From an uncultured Planctomycetota bacterium (lineage in GTDB: Bacteria > Planctomycetota > Planctomycetia > Isosphaerales > Isosphaeraceae), in the NCBI GenBank assembly GCA_963737655.1, contig CAVTTN010000002.1:4736001-4800000 (forward strand): a DNA stretch of 64,000 nucleotides, given 5' to 3'. Shown one piece after another: positions 51,303 through 62,100 of the stretch. Made by a program: the position numbers and the translations under genes. A model generated the notes under the pieces. It saw nothing but the letters and a program-made list of their open reading frames with translations, did no database searches and had not been told where the DNA came from. Numbering within the stretch: the stretch's first letter is position 1; every line of letters starts with the position of its first letter.

Positions 51303-51531
51303 TCAGCGGTCGGTTGTCAGCGGTCAGCTTTCGGCGGTCAGCGGTCGGCGGTCGGTTCTACGGAGGGGCATTCGCTTGTGCAAGGAAGGGTGCAGGAGGT
51401 CCGACTTCAGTCGGGCCTACTTCGTCGGAATCGTCGGGTAGGCCCGACTGAAGTCGGACCTCCTGCACCCCTCGACCCGGTGGGGAAGCTCATCGGAGAA
51501 CTGCCGACCGCTGACAACTGACAACCGACAA
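51303..51531. repeat. composite repeat: heptamer-arm inverted repeat enclosing a 33-bp perfect REP doublet
   Basis: TCAGCGG-type heptamers 51303-51355 and CTGACAA/CCGAC-type 51504-51531; GGGTGCAGGAGGTCCGACTTCAGTCGGGCCTAC 51388-51420 with complement 51438-51470. Confidence 0.85.
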
Positions 51532-51533
51532 CT

Positions 51534-52394
51534 TCAATAACTCGTATCATGAACCGACGGCGGATAACCCGAGCCCGAGCCCGAGCCGGACCCGGGGCCG
51601 AAATCCATCTCGGAGCGATAGGCGAGGTTCCGTCGGATCAGGTCCGCCTCATACACCTGGACGACGAAATCGGCGGCGATCTTCAGCCGCGACGAGGTGC
51701 CCTTGGAGGCGAAGTCGCTGGCGGCCCCCCGGCGGAACTCGACCACGCCGACGTGCTTGGCCTTGCCCTTCACGTAGTTGATGCCGGGGATGCCGTCGGC
51801 GTCTCCCGAGATCAACAGGGCAACGTCGTAGGTGTCCATCAGCGCGATCATATCGACGGCCAGGCTCGTGTCGAGGCCCTTCTCATTCATGGTGTGGTGG
51901 AGCAGGTCGACCTTCCAGTGCCCTTCCTGGCGGATCTCGACGAAGTCGGTGGCGGCCTGGACCCCGTGATAGAAGCGCTTCTTGCGCTCCAGGGCCCGGC
52001 GCTTGCCGTCGTACCACTCGCGGGTCTGGGCGAAGCAGAGGTTCCAGGCTTCCTCGACGCGCCTCTCCGGCGGGAGCTCGGGACGGGCCCGGACCACGTC
52101 GTCGATGTAGCCGTCGCGGAGCCGGGGGTTGAGCTCGAACCTCTGGCGGAGGCGGGATTCGGCCTTCGGGTCGTTCAGGTCCCACTCGTCCATCTTGCCG
52201 ACGACATACCAGTAGATGCGCGAATGCTGGGCCGAGTCCCACGGGGCGCCGTCGGCGAACGTGCGGCCCCAGTTCTGCACGCTCTGCTCGAAGAGGTGGC
52301 GATAGAACGAGCCATAATCATCGACCCGGAGGTTCAGGTGCTTCAGCACGCCGTCCAGGTTCGATCCATCCACGAAGGTCACGAAGCGTTGCAT
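51534..52394 (-). CDS. NYN (LabA/DUF88) domain protein
   Basis: FVDGSNL, EKGLDTSLAVDM, LISGDAD. Confidence 0.88.
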   Translation of the reverse strand: MQRFVTFVDGSNLDGVLKHLNLRVDDYGSFYRHLFEQSVQNWGRTFADGAPWDSAQHSRIYWYVVGKMDEWDLNDPKAESRLRQRFELNPRLRDGYIDDVVRARPELPPERRVEEAWNLCFAQTREWYDGKRRALERKKRFYHGVQAATDFVEIRQEGHWKVDLLHHTMNEKGLDTSLAVDMIALMDTYDVALLISGDADGIPGINYVKGKAKHVGVVEFRRGAASDFASKGTSSRLKIAADFVVQVYEADLIRRNLAYRSEMDFGPGSGSGSGSGYPPSVHDTSY

Positions 52395-52515
52395 AACGGC
52401 CTGCCTTTAGTTCTCGGGAGAGGTCGAATCGAACCAAGGGCCGAATCCCCGCCGAGGGGCGGATCGGATCGGGGCGGGGCCGGACCATCCATCGTCGCCG
52501 GGGCGAGGCCCGCCA

Positions 52516-55461
52516 TCAAGACGGGTCCGCATGAGGATGCAGCGGGCGCTTCCACGCCGCCTCCAGGGCCGAGAGGGGGAGGTCGATCAGGCTGAGCCCG
52601 GGAGTCTCCCCGGTCGTGGTCGGCCATGGCTCGTCGGCGGAAGTCCGACTCCGTCGGATGGTCAACCGGGGCGACCCGTCGCCAAGGACCCGGCCGATCT
52701 CGCCGAAGGGAAAGGGCTGGAAATCGGGCCGGCCCTCGTCCGTCCAGAGCGCCTGGATCAGCTCCATTTCGTCCGAAGGTCGGACCTCGACGAGGAAGCC
52801 GCCCGGACGCTCGGCGAACAGGCGGGCCGCGTCGTGATCCGAGGGTTCGCCGAAATTCTTGAGGTCCACCTCGAGGCCCAGGCCCCCGGCGATCGCCATC
52901 TCGGCCAGGGCGGCGGCCAACCCGCCTTCGCTCAGGTCGTGGCAACTCCGAATCAGCCCTCGAAGGATGGCGTGATGAACGCCTCGGTACAGCGAACGAA
53001 GGCGGCCGATTTCGGTCGGACGGTCGATCCGACCGCCGTCGCGGCCGGTCACCGAGGCCCAGACCGACCCGGCCAGCGAGCCTCTCGGGTGGCCGATCCG
53101 ATAGATCAGGTTTCCCGGCTCCTTCAGGTCCATCGTCACGCACTTCGAGATGTCGGGCACCCGGCCGATGGCGCTGATGAGCAACGTCGGCGGGATCGCC
53201 AGCTTGCCGGTCTCGCCGTCGTATTCGTTGTACAGGCTATCCTTGCCCGAGATGAACGGCGTCCCGTAGGCGAGCGCCGCGTCGTGACAGCCCTTCGCCG
53301 CCATCACGAGCGAGCCGAGCGTCTCGGGCCTCTCGGGATTGCCCCAGCAGAAATTATCGAGGAGGGCGATCCGGTCCGGGTCGGCGCCGACGGCCACGGC
53401 GTTGCGGATCGCCTCGTCCACGCAGAGGACGGCCATCGCGTAGGGGTCGTGCTCGCCGTAACGGGGGTTGATCCCGCACGAGATCGACAGCCCGACGGTC
53501 GAGCCCCGGACCGGCTGGATCACCGCCGCGTCGCCGGGCCCGCTCTCGTCGTGGCCCACCAGCGGCTTGATGACGGTGCGGCCCTGGACCTCGTGATCGT
53601 ATTGACGGATGATCCATTCCTTGCTCGCCACGTCCCAGTGAGCGAGGACTTTCAGGAGGTCTTCGCTGTAATCGTGACCCGGCGGCGGCAGGTCGATCGG
53701 CCTCGGCTCGGGCTTCGTGAACGTCGCCTTGCGGACGACCTTCGGCCTGCCCTCGTGGAGGAAGTCCATCGCCAGGTCGCCGACGATCCGGCCTTCATAT
53801 TTCAGGACCAATCGGCCGGTGTCGGTGAATTGCCCCAGGTCGGTGGCCTCGACCCATTCGCGGTCGCAAAGCGCCTTCAATTCGGGCCATTTCTCGGGCG
53901 GGACGGCCAAAACCATCCGCTCTTGCGCCTCGGAGATCCAGATCTCGGTATACGACAGGCCCTCATACTTGAGAGGGGCGCGCTCCAGGTCGACCTCCGC
54001 GCCCGACCCGGCCCCCATCTCGCCCACGGCCGAGCTGAACCCGCCGGCCCCGCAGTCCGTGACGGAGCGGAAGAGGCCGCGATCCCGGGCTTGCAGGAGC
54101 ACGTCGAGCGCCTTCTTCTCGACGATCGCGTCGCCGATCTGCACGGCCCCGCCCGAGATCGCCTCGCTCTCTCCAGAGAGGTCCACCGAGCTGAACGTGG
54201 CGCCGTGGATGCCGTCGCGGCCGGTCCGGCCGCCGATGGCGACGATCCGGTCGCCCGGCTCGACCCTCTTGGACGACATCCCCCGGGGGATCACGCCGAC
54301 GGTCCCGCAGAACACCAACGGATTGGCGAGATACCCCGGGGCGACGGCAAGGGCGCCGTTGACCGTCGGGATGCCCATGCGGTTGCCGTAGTCGCGGACC
54401 CCCGCCACCACGCCTTCCAGCACCCGCTTCGGGTGGATCACGCCCGGGGGCAGCGAATCGGCGGGGAAATCGGGCGGGGCGACGCAGAAGACGTCGGTGT
54501 TGGCGATCGGCTTGGCCGCCAGGCCGGTCCCGAGGATGTCGCGGATCACCCCGCCGAGCCCGGTGTTCGACCCGCCGTAGGGGTCGATGGCCGAGGGGTG
54601 GTTGTGGGTCTCGACCTTGAAGCAGACGTCGAAATCGTCGTCGAACCGGACCACCCCGGCGTTGTCCTCGAACACGCTGACGAGCCAGTCGAGATTCAAC
54701 TCCTGGGTGGCCTTGAAGATCGTCGATTTGAGCAGGTTGTCGATGATCTCGCCGTCGAAGTCGATCAGGCCGCGCAGGGTCTTGTGGGAGCAGTGCTCGG
54801 ACCACGTCTGGGCGATCGTCTCGAGCTCGCAGTCGGTGGGGTCTCGGCCGATCGCGGCGAAATGGCCCTGGATCGTCTTCATCTCGGCGAGGCTCAGGGA
54901 GAGCTGGCCTTGCCGGCTGAGCCTCACGAGCTCGTCGTCGGAGAGATCGGAGAGGGGCACTTCGATCCGTTCGAACCGATAGGGCCTCCCCTGCCCCAGG
55001 CTTTCCATCTCCAGGGGGCCGAGGACGGCGTGCTCGACGGCGTCGTTCGCCAGGACCTTGGCGATCAGCCGCGAGAGGCCGTCGGCGGGCCCGTCGAGCC
55101 GATAGGTGCGGATCGTCCGGCACTCGGCGACGGTCAAGCCGAGGTCGCGGAGGCAGTCGCGGGCGCTCTCGGCCTCGGGATCGGTCACCCCGGGCTTGCG
55201 CATCACGTGGACGATCGCCGTCGATCCGTCGTCGGGCCCGCCGGTGGGGAGGACCTCGAACCGCTCGACGACCGGGTCCACCAGGACGAGTTCGGCGGCC
55301 CGGCGGAGGTCGTCGGCCGAGAGCCCGCCCTCGACGAGGAACCCGCGACTCGACGCGATCCGCCAGGGGCCCGGGATGCGGAGCTCGGCGGCCTCGGAGG
55401 CGAGCCGGGGGCCTTCCAGGTCGTGACCTGGAACCGGAGTGATCTGAAGGTGCCAGAGCAT
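52516..55461 (-). CDS. purL: phosphoribosylformylglycinamidine synthase subunit PurL with N-terminal PurS-like extension
   Basis: KPGVTDP, QTWSEHCSHK, KVETHNHPS, DCGAGG, QYDHEV, ISGKDSL, HDLSEGG. Confidence 0.96.
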   Translation of the reverse strand: MLWHLQITPVPGHDLEGPRLASEAAELRIPGPWRIASSRGFLVEGGLSADDLRRAAELVLVDPVVERFEVLPTGGPDDGSTAIVHVMRKPGVTDPEAESARDCLRDLGLTVAECRTIRTYRLDGPADGLSRLIAKVLANDAVEHAVLGPLEMESLGQGRPYRFERIEVPLSDLSDDELVRLSRQGQLSLSLAEMKTIQGHFAAIGRDPTDCELETIAQTWSEHCSHKTLRGLIDFDGEIIDNLLKSTIFKATQELNLDWLVSVFEDNAGVVRFDDDFDVCFKVETHNHPSAIDPYGGSNTGLGGVIRDILGTGLAAKPIANTDVFCVAPPDFPADSLPPGVIHPKRVLEGVVAGVRDYGNRMGIPTVNGALAVAPGYLANPLVFCGTVGVIPRGMSSKRVEPGDRIVAIGGRTGRDGIHGATFSSVDLSGESEAISGGAVQIGDAIVEKKALDVLLQARDRGLFRSVTDCGAGGFSSAVGEMGAGSGAEVDLERAPLKYEGLSYTEIWISEAQERMVLAVPPEKWPELKALCDREWVEATDLGQFTDTGRLVLKYEGRIVGDLAMDFLHEGRPKVVRKATFTKPEPRPIDLPPPGHDYSEDLLKVLAHWDVASKEWIIRQYDHEVQGRTVIKPLVGHDESGPGDAAVIQPVRGSTVGLSISCGINPRYGEHDPYAMAVLCVDEAIRNAVAVGADPDRIALLDNFCWGNPERPETLGSLVMAAKGCHDAALAYGTPFISGKDSLYNEYDGETGKLAIPPTLLISAIGRVPDISKCVTMDLKEPGNLIYRIGHPRGSLAGSVWASVTGRDGGRIDRPTEIGRLRSLYRGVHHAILRGLIRSCHDLSEGGLAAALAEMAIAGGLGLEVDLKNFGEPSDHDAARLFAERPGGFLVEVRPSDEMELIQALWTDEGRPDFQPFPFGEIGRVLGDGSPRLTIRRSRTSADEPWPTTTGETPGLSLIDLPLSALEAAWKRPLHPHADPS

Positions 55462-55497
55462 GGGAAGTCCGAAGGGAGCCGTGGGCCGACTTGGAAT

Positions 55498-55998
55498 TCA
55501 GATCATGGCCATCATTTTCGCGGGCGGGAAGCCCATCGCCCGCCTCCAGGCCGAGAGTTGGCCGAGGTGGGTGGCCTCGTGGGTGGTCAGCAAATGGACG
55601 ACGGCATCGCCGATCGTGGGCAGGAGCGGGCGGAAGAGCTCCAGAGGCAAAGGGCGTTCCAGGATCGCGGGGTCCGCGTCGCGGACGGCCTCGGCGCCCT
55701 TCTCGTGGCCGAGGACCAGGGCCGTCCAGAGGACGTCCTTCTCGGGATAGCGAAGCGGGTCGGGGTCGGCCTTCGAGCGGAAGTTGAACGTCTGCGACCA
55801 CGCCTCGTCCAGGCTTTTTTCGCCGCCGAGGAGCGTGACCAGCGAGTCGCAGGCCCAGGCCAGGTGGCCGACGATCCAGGCCGGATGGTTCATCCCCGGG
55901 ACGGGCTGGATGCTGAACGCCCCGGGCGGGACGTCCTCGACCAGTTGGCCGAGGTACTTCAACTGGAAATCGAATCGAGACAGGAGCAAGGGGAACAT
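55498..55998 (-). CDS. DinB family protein
   Basis: NHPAWIVGHL, HEATHLGQLSAWRR. Confidence 0.85.
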   Translation of the reverse strand: MFPLLLSRFDFQLKYLGQLVEDVPPGAFSIQPVPGMNHPAWIVGHLAWACDSLVTLLGGEKSLDEAWSQTFNFRSKADPDPLRYPEKDVLWTALVLGHEKGAEAVRDADPAILERPLPLELFRPLLPTIGDAVVHLLTTHEATHLGQLSAWRRAMGFPPAKMMAMI

Positions 55999-56148
55999 GG
56001 GTCGCACCTCATCTCAAATCAAGATCAAGATGCCGGAGGGCGCAGGAATGGGACCGGGAACCCGGAGGCCGAGGGCCGCCTCTCGCAAGCCTCGCCCCGG
56101 GCCCCGCGGGGCCCTCCGGCGATTCAGGGCGATCGACGAGGGTGCCTT

Positions 56149-57000
56149 TCATCCACCCGGGGGAAACCGGAGGCGGAGGGATCGGGCGTCGTCCCACCAG
56201 AGGGCCAGGGCCCGGGCATCCCCGCGTTCGAGGGCGTCGCGGAACGTCGCGAGACGATCGGAGAACGCGTCGAGGGCGTCCAGGACGGGGCCCCGGTTCT
56301 CCAGGAAGATCTCGGTCCAGAGCGACGGATCGGAGCCGGCCACGCGGGTGCCGTCGCGATAGGCCCCGGCGGCCAGGTCGAGCAGGTCGGCCGGGACCGA
56401 TCCGGCCAGGGCGGCGGCGACGGCGTGGGGCAGGTGGCTCGTGAGCGCCAGGGCGCGGTCGTGGGCGTCCGGGTCCATCTCGACGACCCGGCAGCCCAGG
56501 CCCGACCAGAACGCCCGGGCCCGTTCGAGCCGGCCCGGGGGCGAGCGGTCGGTCGGCGTGAGGACGCAGACGCGGCCGTCGAACAGGTCGGCCGAGGCGT
56601 GGCGGAAGCCCTTCTGTTCGGACCCGGCGATCGGGTGGGCGGCGAGGAACTTCGACCGGGCGACCGGATCGGACTCGACGGCCGAGACGATCCGGCCCTT
56701 GGCGCTGCCGGCGTCGGTGATCAGGCAGCGATCGGGCGAGGCGGCGGCGGCGGCCCGGCAATCCTCGGCGATCCGGGCCGGAGGCGTGCAGACGACGACC
56801 ACGTCGGCCGATTCGAGGGCCGAGGCCGGGTCGGTCGAGGGCTCGTCGAGGATGCCCTGCCTCGTGGCCTCGACGAGGCGGGCGAAATCCCGGCCCACGC
56901 CGACGACCCGCCCGGCCAGCCCCCGGGAGCGGATCGCCAGCCCGATCGAGCCGCCGATCAGGCCGACCCCCACGATGGCGACCGTCCCCAGGCGCTCCAA
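56149..57000 (-). CDS. tyrA: prephenate/arogenate dehydrogenase
   Basis: GVGLIGGS, TDAGSAK, HPIAGSE, HD...SHLPH, RDGTRVAGS. Confidence 0.92.
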   Translation of the reverse strand: MERLGTVAIVGVGLIGGSIGLAIRSRGLAGRVVGVGRDFARLVEATRQGILDEPSTDPASALESADVVVVCTPPARIAEDCRAAAAASPDRCLITDAGSAKGRIVSAVESDPVARSKFLAAHPIAGSEQKGFRHASADLFDGRVCVLTPTDRSPPGRLERARAFWSGLGCRVVEMDPDAHDRALALTSHLPHAVAAALAGSVPADLLDLAAGAYRDGTRVAGSDPSLWTEIFLENRGPVLDALDAFSDRLATFRDALERGDARALALWWDDARSLRLRFPPGG

Positions 57001-57078
57001 CGGCACACCCCTCGCGCTCTCGGAAATCGATGCAATGAGGCCGGAGATTGTAGCAAACTCCCGAGCACGGCGGAACGC

Positions 57079-57228
57079 GTCGGGTGCATGAAATGCACCA
57101 CCGACGCGGCGGCTGACGGCCGCCCTCCATTCCGAGCATGTCGAAGGGTAGCAACGAACGGGCCGAGGAGCCGAGAAGAAAGGTTGCGGGCTCCGCCCTC
57201 GCAGGCTGGTGCATTTCATGCACCCTGC
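57079..57228. repeat. REPIN of the GGGTGCATGAAATGCACC family
   Basis: 57082-57099 and inverted 57208-57227; shares the inner GCGGCGG..ACGGCCGCCC arm with 11066-11233. Confidence 0.85.
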
Positions 57229-57238
57229 GGGATGGTGC

Positions 57239-57697
57239 TCATGGACTGGCCGTGACGATCGTCTTCAGGGCGTTCAGGCGGTCGCGGAGGGCCTTGGGCG
57301 CGCTGGCGAGGTCCACCGTGGCGAGGTCGGCGTGGGCGGCTTCGGGCCTTCCGGCCAGGAGGGCGCACTCGGCTCGGTTGGCCCGGGCGAACGGGTCGTC
57401 GGGCGTCTCGGCCAGGACCTGATCGTAGAGGGCGACCGCGCCGTCGAGGTCTCCGGCGAGCTGGCGGCAGGCGCCGAGGCCGAGGGCCGCGTCGGTCGAG
57501 CCCGGCCAGAGCGATTGGATCAGGCGATAGATCCGCTCGGCCTCGTCGGCCCGGCCGGCGTCGAGCCGGAGCCGGGCCCCGTGGAGGAGGTCGGATTTCG
57601 CCTGGCGATCCAGGCGGAGGAGGTCGGCCGGCGAGGCGAGGCCGGCGAGCCACTTCGCCAGCCTCCTCGGGCCGACCCGCTTCAGGACCCGGCTCAT
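57239..57697 (-). CDS. small TPR protein (SycD/LcrH chaperone-like)
   Basis: GRADEAERIY, LGLGACRQLAGDLDGAVALY, ANRAECALLAG; ATGA overlap with the kinase. Confidence 0.7.
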   Translation of the reverse strand: MSRVLKRVGPRRLAKWLAGLASPADLLRLDRQAKSDLLHGARLRLDAGRADEAERIYRLIQSLWPGSTDAALGLGACRQLAGDLDGAVALYDQVLAETPDDPFARANRAECALLAGRPEAAHADLATVDLASAPKALRDRLNALKTIVTASP

Positions 57698-59015
57698 GAG
57701 GGGTCGTCCAGGAAGGGGTGGAGGGCCTGGGCCATCGCCTCGGCCGTCTTCCAGCGGTCTCTCGGCTGCTTCTCCAGGCTCTTGCGGAGGACCTTCTCGA
57801 GCCCCTCGGGCGTATCCGGGCGACGGACCCTCAGGGGCACCGGCGGGTGCTCCAGGATCATGGCGTAGGCCGAGGCGCGGTTGGGGTCGAAGTCGAGGAA
57901 CGGGTAGTGGCCCGTCAGGAGGTAGTACAGCGTGGCGCCGGCGCTGTAGATGTCGCCCGGCTCGCGGACCTCCCGGAAGTCGCGGATGTGATCGGGCGAG
58001 ATGAAGCCGCTGGAGCCGCCGATGTCCCCCTGGTGGGTCAGGCCGGAGAACCCGGCGTCGTCGCGGAAGCTCTTGGCCAGGCCGAAGTCCGAGAGCTTGA
58101 TGTCGGGCCTCTCCGGGGGTCCGGTCACCAGCAAGTTCGAGGGCTTGATGTCGCGATGGACGAACCCCTTGCCGTGGGCGTGGGCCAGGGCCGAGAGGAG
58201 CTGGACGCCGATCCTCGCCGCCACGCCCACCGGCAGCTTCTCGGAGTGGCGGGCCATCCATTCGCGGGCGTTCGGGCCGTCCACGTATTCCATGATGAGC
58301 TGGAACTGGGCGTCGTCGTCCACCATGTCGTAGAACTCGACGATGTTCGGGTGCTTGAGGCGGCGGAGGACGTCCATCTCCCGGCGGAAGTAGAGCCGGG
58401 CCCGGTCGCCGGCGGCCGAGGTGGGGATCAGCATCTTGATGGCGACGGCGCGGTCGTGGACGAGGTCCCGGGCGCGGTAGACCTCGCCCATGCCCCCCCC
58501 GCCGAGCCTCTGCTCGATCCAGAAGCCCTCGGGGCCCTCGGGTATTGCTTGCGGTGTTCGCGGCAGGCGTCGCAGTACCAGGCGATGTTCTGCTCGCCCG
58601 GGACGACGGCGATGGAGAGGTCCGGCGGGGGCAGGGCCCCGCAGACCCGGCACTTGATCCCCGGCATGTCGGCCGAGGTGTCATTGACCACGATCAGGAA
58701 TCGGCTCTTGCCCGCCTCGACCACGTCGCCGTCGCGCAACAGCGCCTGATCGACCTTCTGCCCGTTGAGCTTCGTCCCGTTGGTGCTGCCCATGTCCTTG
58801 AGGAAGCACTGGGGCGGGTTGAATTCGACGAGGAAGTGGTCCCGGGACAGGAACCGGTCGTCGGGCACCGGGAACTGGACCTGCGACGACCGGCCGACGA
58901 CGAACGTATCGTGACGGTCGAAGCAGTACTCCGTCCCGGTGTGAGGGCCCGCGACCACTCGCAAGACGACATTCACATCAAGGCTCTCCGGGCCGAGGAT
59001 CGGCCCTTTCAACAT
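57694..59015 (-). CDS. FHA domain-Zn finger-Ser/Thr kinase; frameshift at about 58532
   Basis: VVGRS..LSRDH..DMGSTNGT (FHA); CRVC..CDAC; LGGGGMG, AIK, HRDIKPSN, DFGLAK. Confidence 0.88.
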
Positions 59016-59102
59016 AGCACGACCTCTCGGCCCGGGGAAGCCGTAGGCCTTCCAAGGCCGTTCCCTCCTCCGGAGGAGGGGTCTTCCGAGGCGTCGCGAC
59101 GG

Positions 59103-62100
59103 CTAGCGACCGCCGACGGCCCCGGGCCTGGGCGCCCTGGGGTCGAGGAACGGGAACCGGCCGGAGAGGGTCTCCGGGAGGTAGCAGCCGGCCCGCTGCT
59201 TCCGGCCGGTCATCTCCAGGACGTTCTCCTTGATCAGCGCGTCCACCTCGTTCAGCGACAACGGCGCCCCGGGCTTGGTCCGGGGACGGCCCGAGGGGAC
59301 GATCGCCGACTGGATCGCCAGGGCGAACGCCCGGCCGTCCTTCACCGAGAACTCGTCGCTCGGGCCCTGGTCCGAGGCCACGAAGGTGATCACCCCTTGC
59401 TCGTCGCGGAGGAACCGGACGAACTCGTTGACGTCCGGCTCGCCGAGGGTCGGCGTCGATTTGTCGGCCCCGTCCAGGAACACGACGACCCGGCACTTAT
59501 ACTTGGCGATCCGCCCGAGGACCTCGGCCAGGGCGTCGGCGTCGAGGCCGTCGGCGGGCAGGGCGGCCCTGGGGGTGTCGGCCCCGAAGAGGACCCGGCC
59601 CTTGCCCGAGCGGATCAGGTGGGTCTCGATCGCCACGAGGACCAGGTCGCCGTTCTTCAGGGGCTCCTTCTCCAGGGCCTGGAACCGGGCCATCACGTCG
59701 CGGGACTTCGCCGCGGCCTTGTTCAGGATCGTCGCCTCGGGACGGGCGGGCGGGAGGCCGTCGTCGGGCGCCACGACGTGGCGGGCCAGGAACGCGGCGA
59801 GCTTCGAGGCGTCGCTGTCGGCGAACGGGAAGCCCGGGACGCCCCGGGCCTCGAACCTCGGGCCGACGGCCACGACGACCAGCCTCGGCCGTTGGGCCGG
59901 GGCGGCCGGAGCGGCCTCGACCTGGGCCGTCGAGGTCCGGGTCAGGCCGTCCTCGGTGCGGATCACCCCCGAGACCACGTGGGGGCCGGGCGGGACGATC
60001 ATCCTCAGGGGGGCGCGGCCTGGGGATCCCTCGGGTCATACGTCTTGAGGATCTGGCCGTCGATCAGGATCGACACCGATTGGACCGCGGGCGAGCCGGC
60101 GGGGCCCTCGGTCCGGACCGCCACGTCCAGGGGCGAACCGGCGGCCAGCCGGATCGTCCCCGCGGGCAGGGGGGCGCCAGTGTCGACCGGCTGGGCGGCG
60201 CCGACGTTCTCGGCCACCGGCGCCGGGGCGGCGGGCAGGCCCGGCGGCGGGGGCGCCCGGAACAGGACCGGCCGGGGCGGGGCGATCCGGGCGATCAGCT
60301 CCTGGGGCTCGGGCAAGACCGCCGGCCTCGCCCCCAGCGCCAGGGCCACGTCCCCGGTGCGGATCAGGGTGTTCAGGACGTTCCCCGGCACGTCCTTCTT
60401 CTGCCGGAGCTGCGCCTCGAACGTGCGGATCGGCAGGATGTCCGTCGGCTTCGGATTGTTCAGGCCGGCCCGGTTGAGGTGCCAGGCGAGATAGGCGTCG
60501 CCGTCGATCGAGGTATCGTAGAACCCCTTGGGCATCCAGAGGACCCATTCGCGGCCCTCGTCGAAGGCGAACAGGGAGAGCGCCGGCGAGTCCCTCCGGC
60601 TGGTGCCGACGGGCACGGCCGGGTCGTCGATCGTCCAGCCGAAGGGGAGCTTGATCGTCCTCGAGACGATCAGCTCGACCCGGGTATCGGGCGGGAGCGT
60701 GTCGTGCTTGGGGACGCCATCGACGGGGGCGAAGAACGCCTCCTCGGTGACGACGTCGCGGCCGAGCCCGTACTTGCGGACGACGTCGCCGATCTCCAGG
60801 CCCATGCCTTCGGCCGGGCTCCTCGCCTCGATCCTCGTGACCTTCTTCGCGCCGAGGGGGCCCTCGAAGGTGGCGCCGAGCTTCGGCAGGGTGTCCGCCC
60901 CGGCGAGCGTCCAGAGCCGGACGGTTTGATCGGACGAGCCGGAGGCGAGCCACTTGCCGTCGGGCGACGGCGCGACGGCCAGGACCGGCCCGGAGTGGCC
61001 GGCGAGGAACCGGGTCCGGGCCCCGGTGTCGATCCGGTGGATCGAGATCCCGGCCTCGCACGCCACGGCGAGCAAGGGGAGGTCGTGCCCCGGTTTGGGC
61101 GGCAGGAACGTCCAGGCCCACCACCGGCGGTTCAAAAGGCGGTCCAGGGCGATGCGGACCCCTCGGTTCTGGGGATCGACCACATCGAGGGTGTATTGAT
61201 CGACGGGCCGGACGGTGAAGCCGTTGAAGGCGAGGACCGGCCCGCTGACGGCCGCCCTCGGCAGGGTGTCCAGGAGCCGGGCCGTCAGGTCGAAGGTCTC
61301 GAACGAGGCGGCCGGGGGGCCGAGCGTGCGGTTGACCCGGGCGAAGGCCACCTTGGCGCCATCGGCCGAGAAGCCGACCTCCCAGATCGTCCGCCCCTTG
61401 CCCTTGCGCTCCCGGGCGGAGGCGGCCGGGGCGGCGTCCCGGAGGTCCACCCGCCAGATCCCCTGCGCGTCGCCTCCGCCGAGGAACAGCACGTCTCCCT
61501 CCGGGGCGAAGGCCAGGGCCCGGACGAGGTTGGGGATCGGGTTGGGGACCGGATTGGTCGAGGAGAACAGCTTCCGGACCACCTCGCCGCCGGGCAGGGC
61601 GCGGATCTCGACGTCGCATGCCGTCTTCGGCACCTCCCGGGCGAACTGGCCGCCCGGGGCCACGCGATAGGCGAGGCTGCTGACGGCCAGTCGCCCCCGG
61701 GCGTCGAAGGCCAGGGCCTCGACGGCCGCCTGCTGGGCGCCGATCGTCATGGGAGACTCGCTGGCGGCCAGGTCCGGGGCGTTCAGCGAGAACCGGCTCA
61801 GCAGGCCGTCCTCCCGGCCGATCACGACGAACTTGCCGTCGGGGCTGATGGCCAGCGCGTTGATGGCCGAGCCGCCGTCCTCCCGGCGGATCTTCGGCGG
61901 GGCGATGGCGGACGGGCCCTTGGGGTTCGGCCTCGCCAGCCCGGCGGGGGTCACGTCCCAGAGCCGGAGGATTCCATCTTCGCCGCCGGTGGCCAGGATT
62001 CGGCCGTCGGGCGAGAACGCCAGGGCGTTCACGGCCGGTCCGCCCTCGGTCCCGAAGACGGCCAGGGACTTCCGGGCCTCCACGTCCCAGAGCCGGGCCG

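Noticed and set aside
52531..57255. 1574-aa plus-strand ORF and many other long overlapping ORFs in the track
   Set aside because: Antisense or off-frame shadows of purL, DinB, tyrA and other real genes; stop codons are rare in high-GC DNA and the translations have no motifs
57239..57697. SycD-like TPR gene as evidence of a type III secretion locus
   Set aside because: No secretion apparatus or translocator genes in the window; TPR similarity alone is not specific
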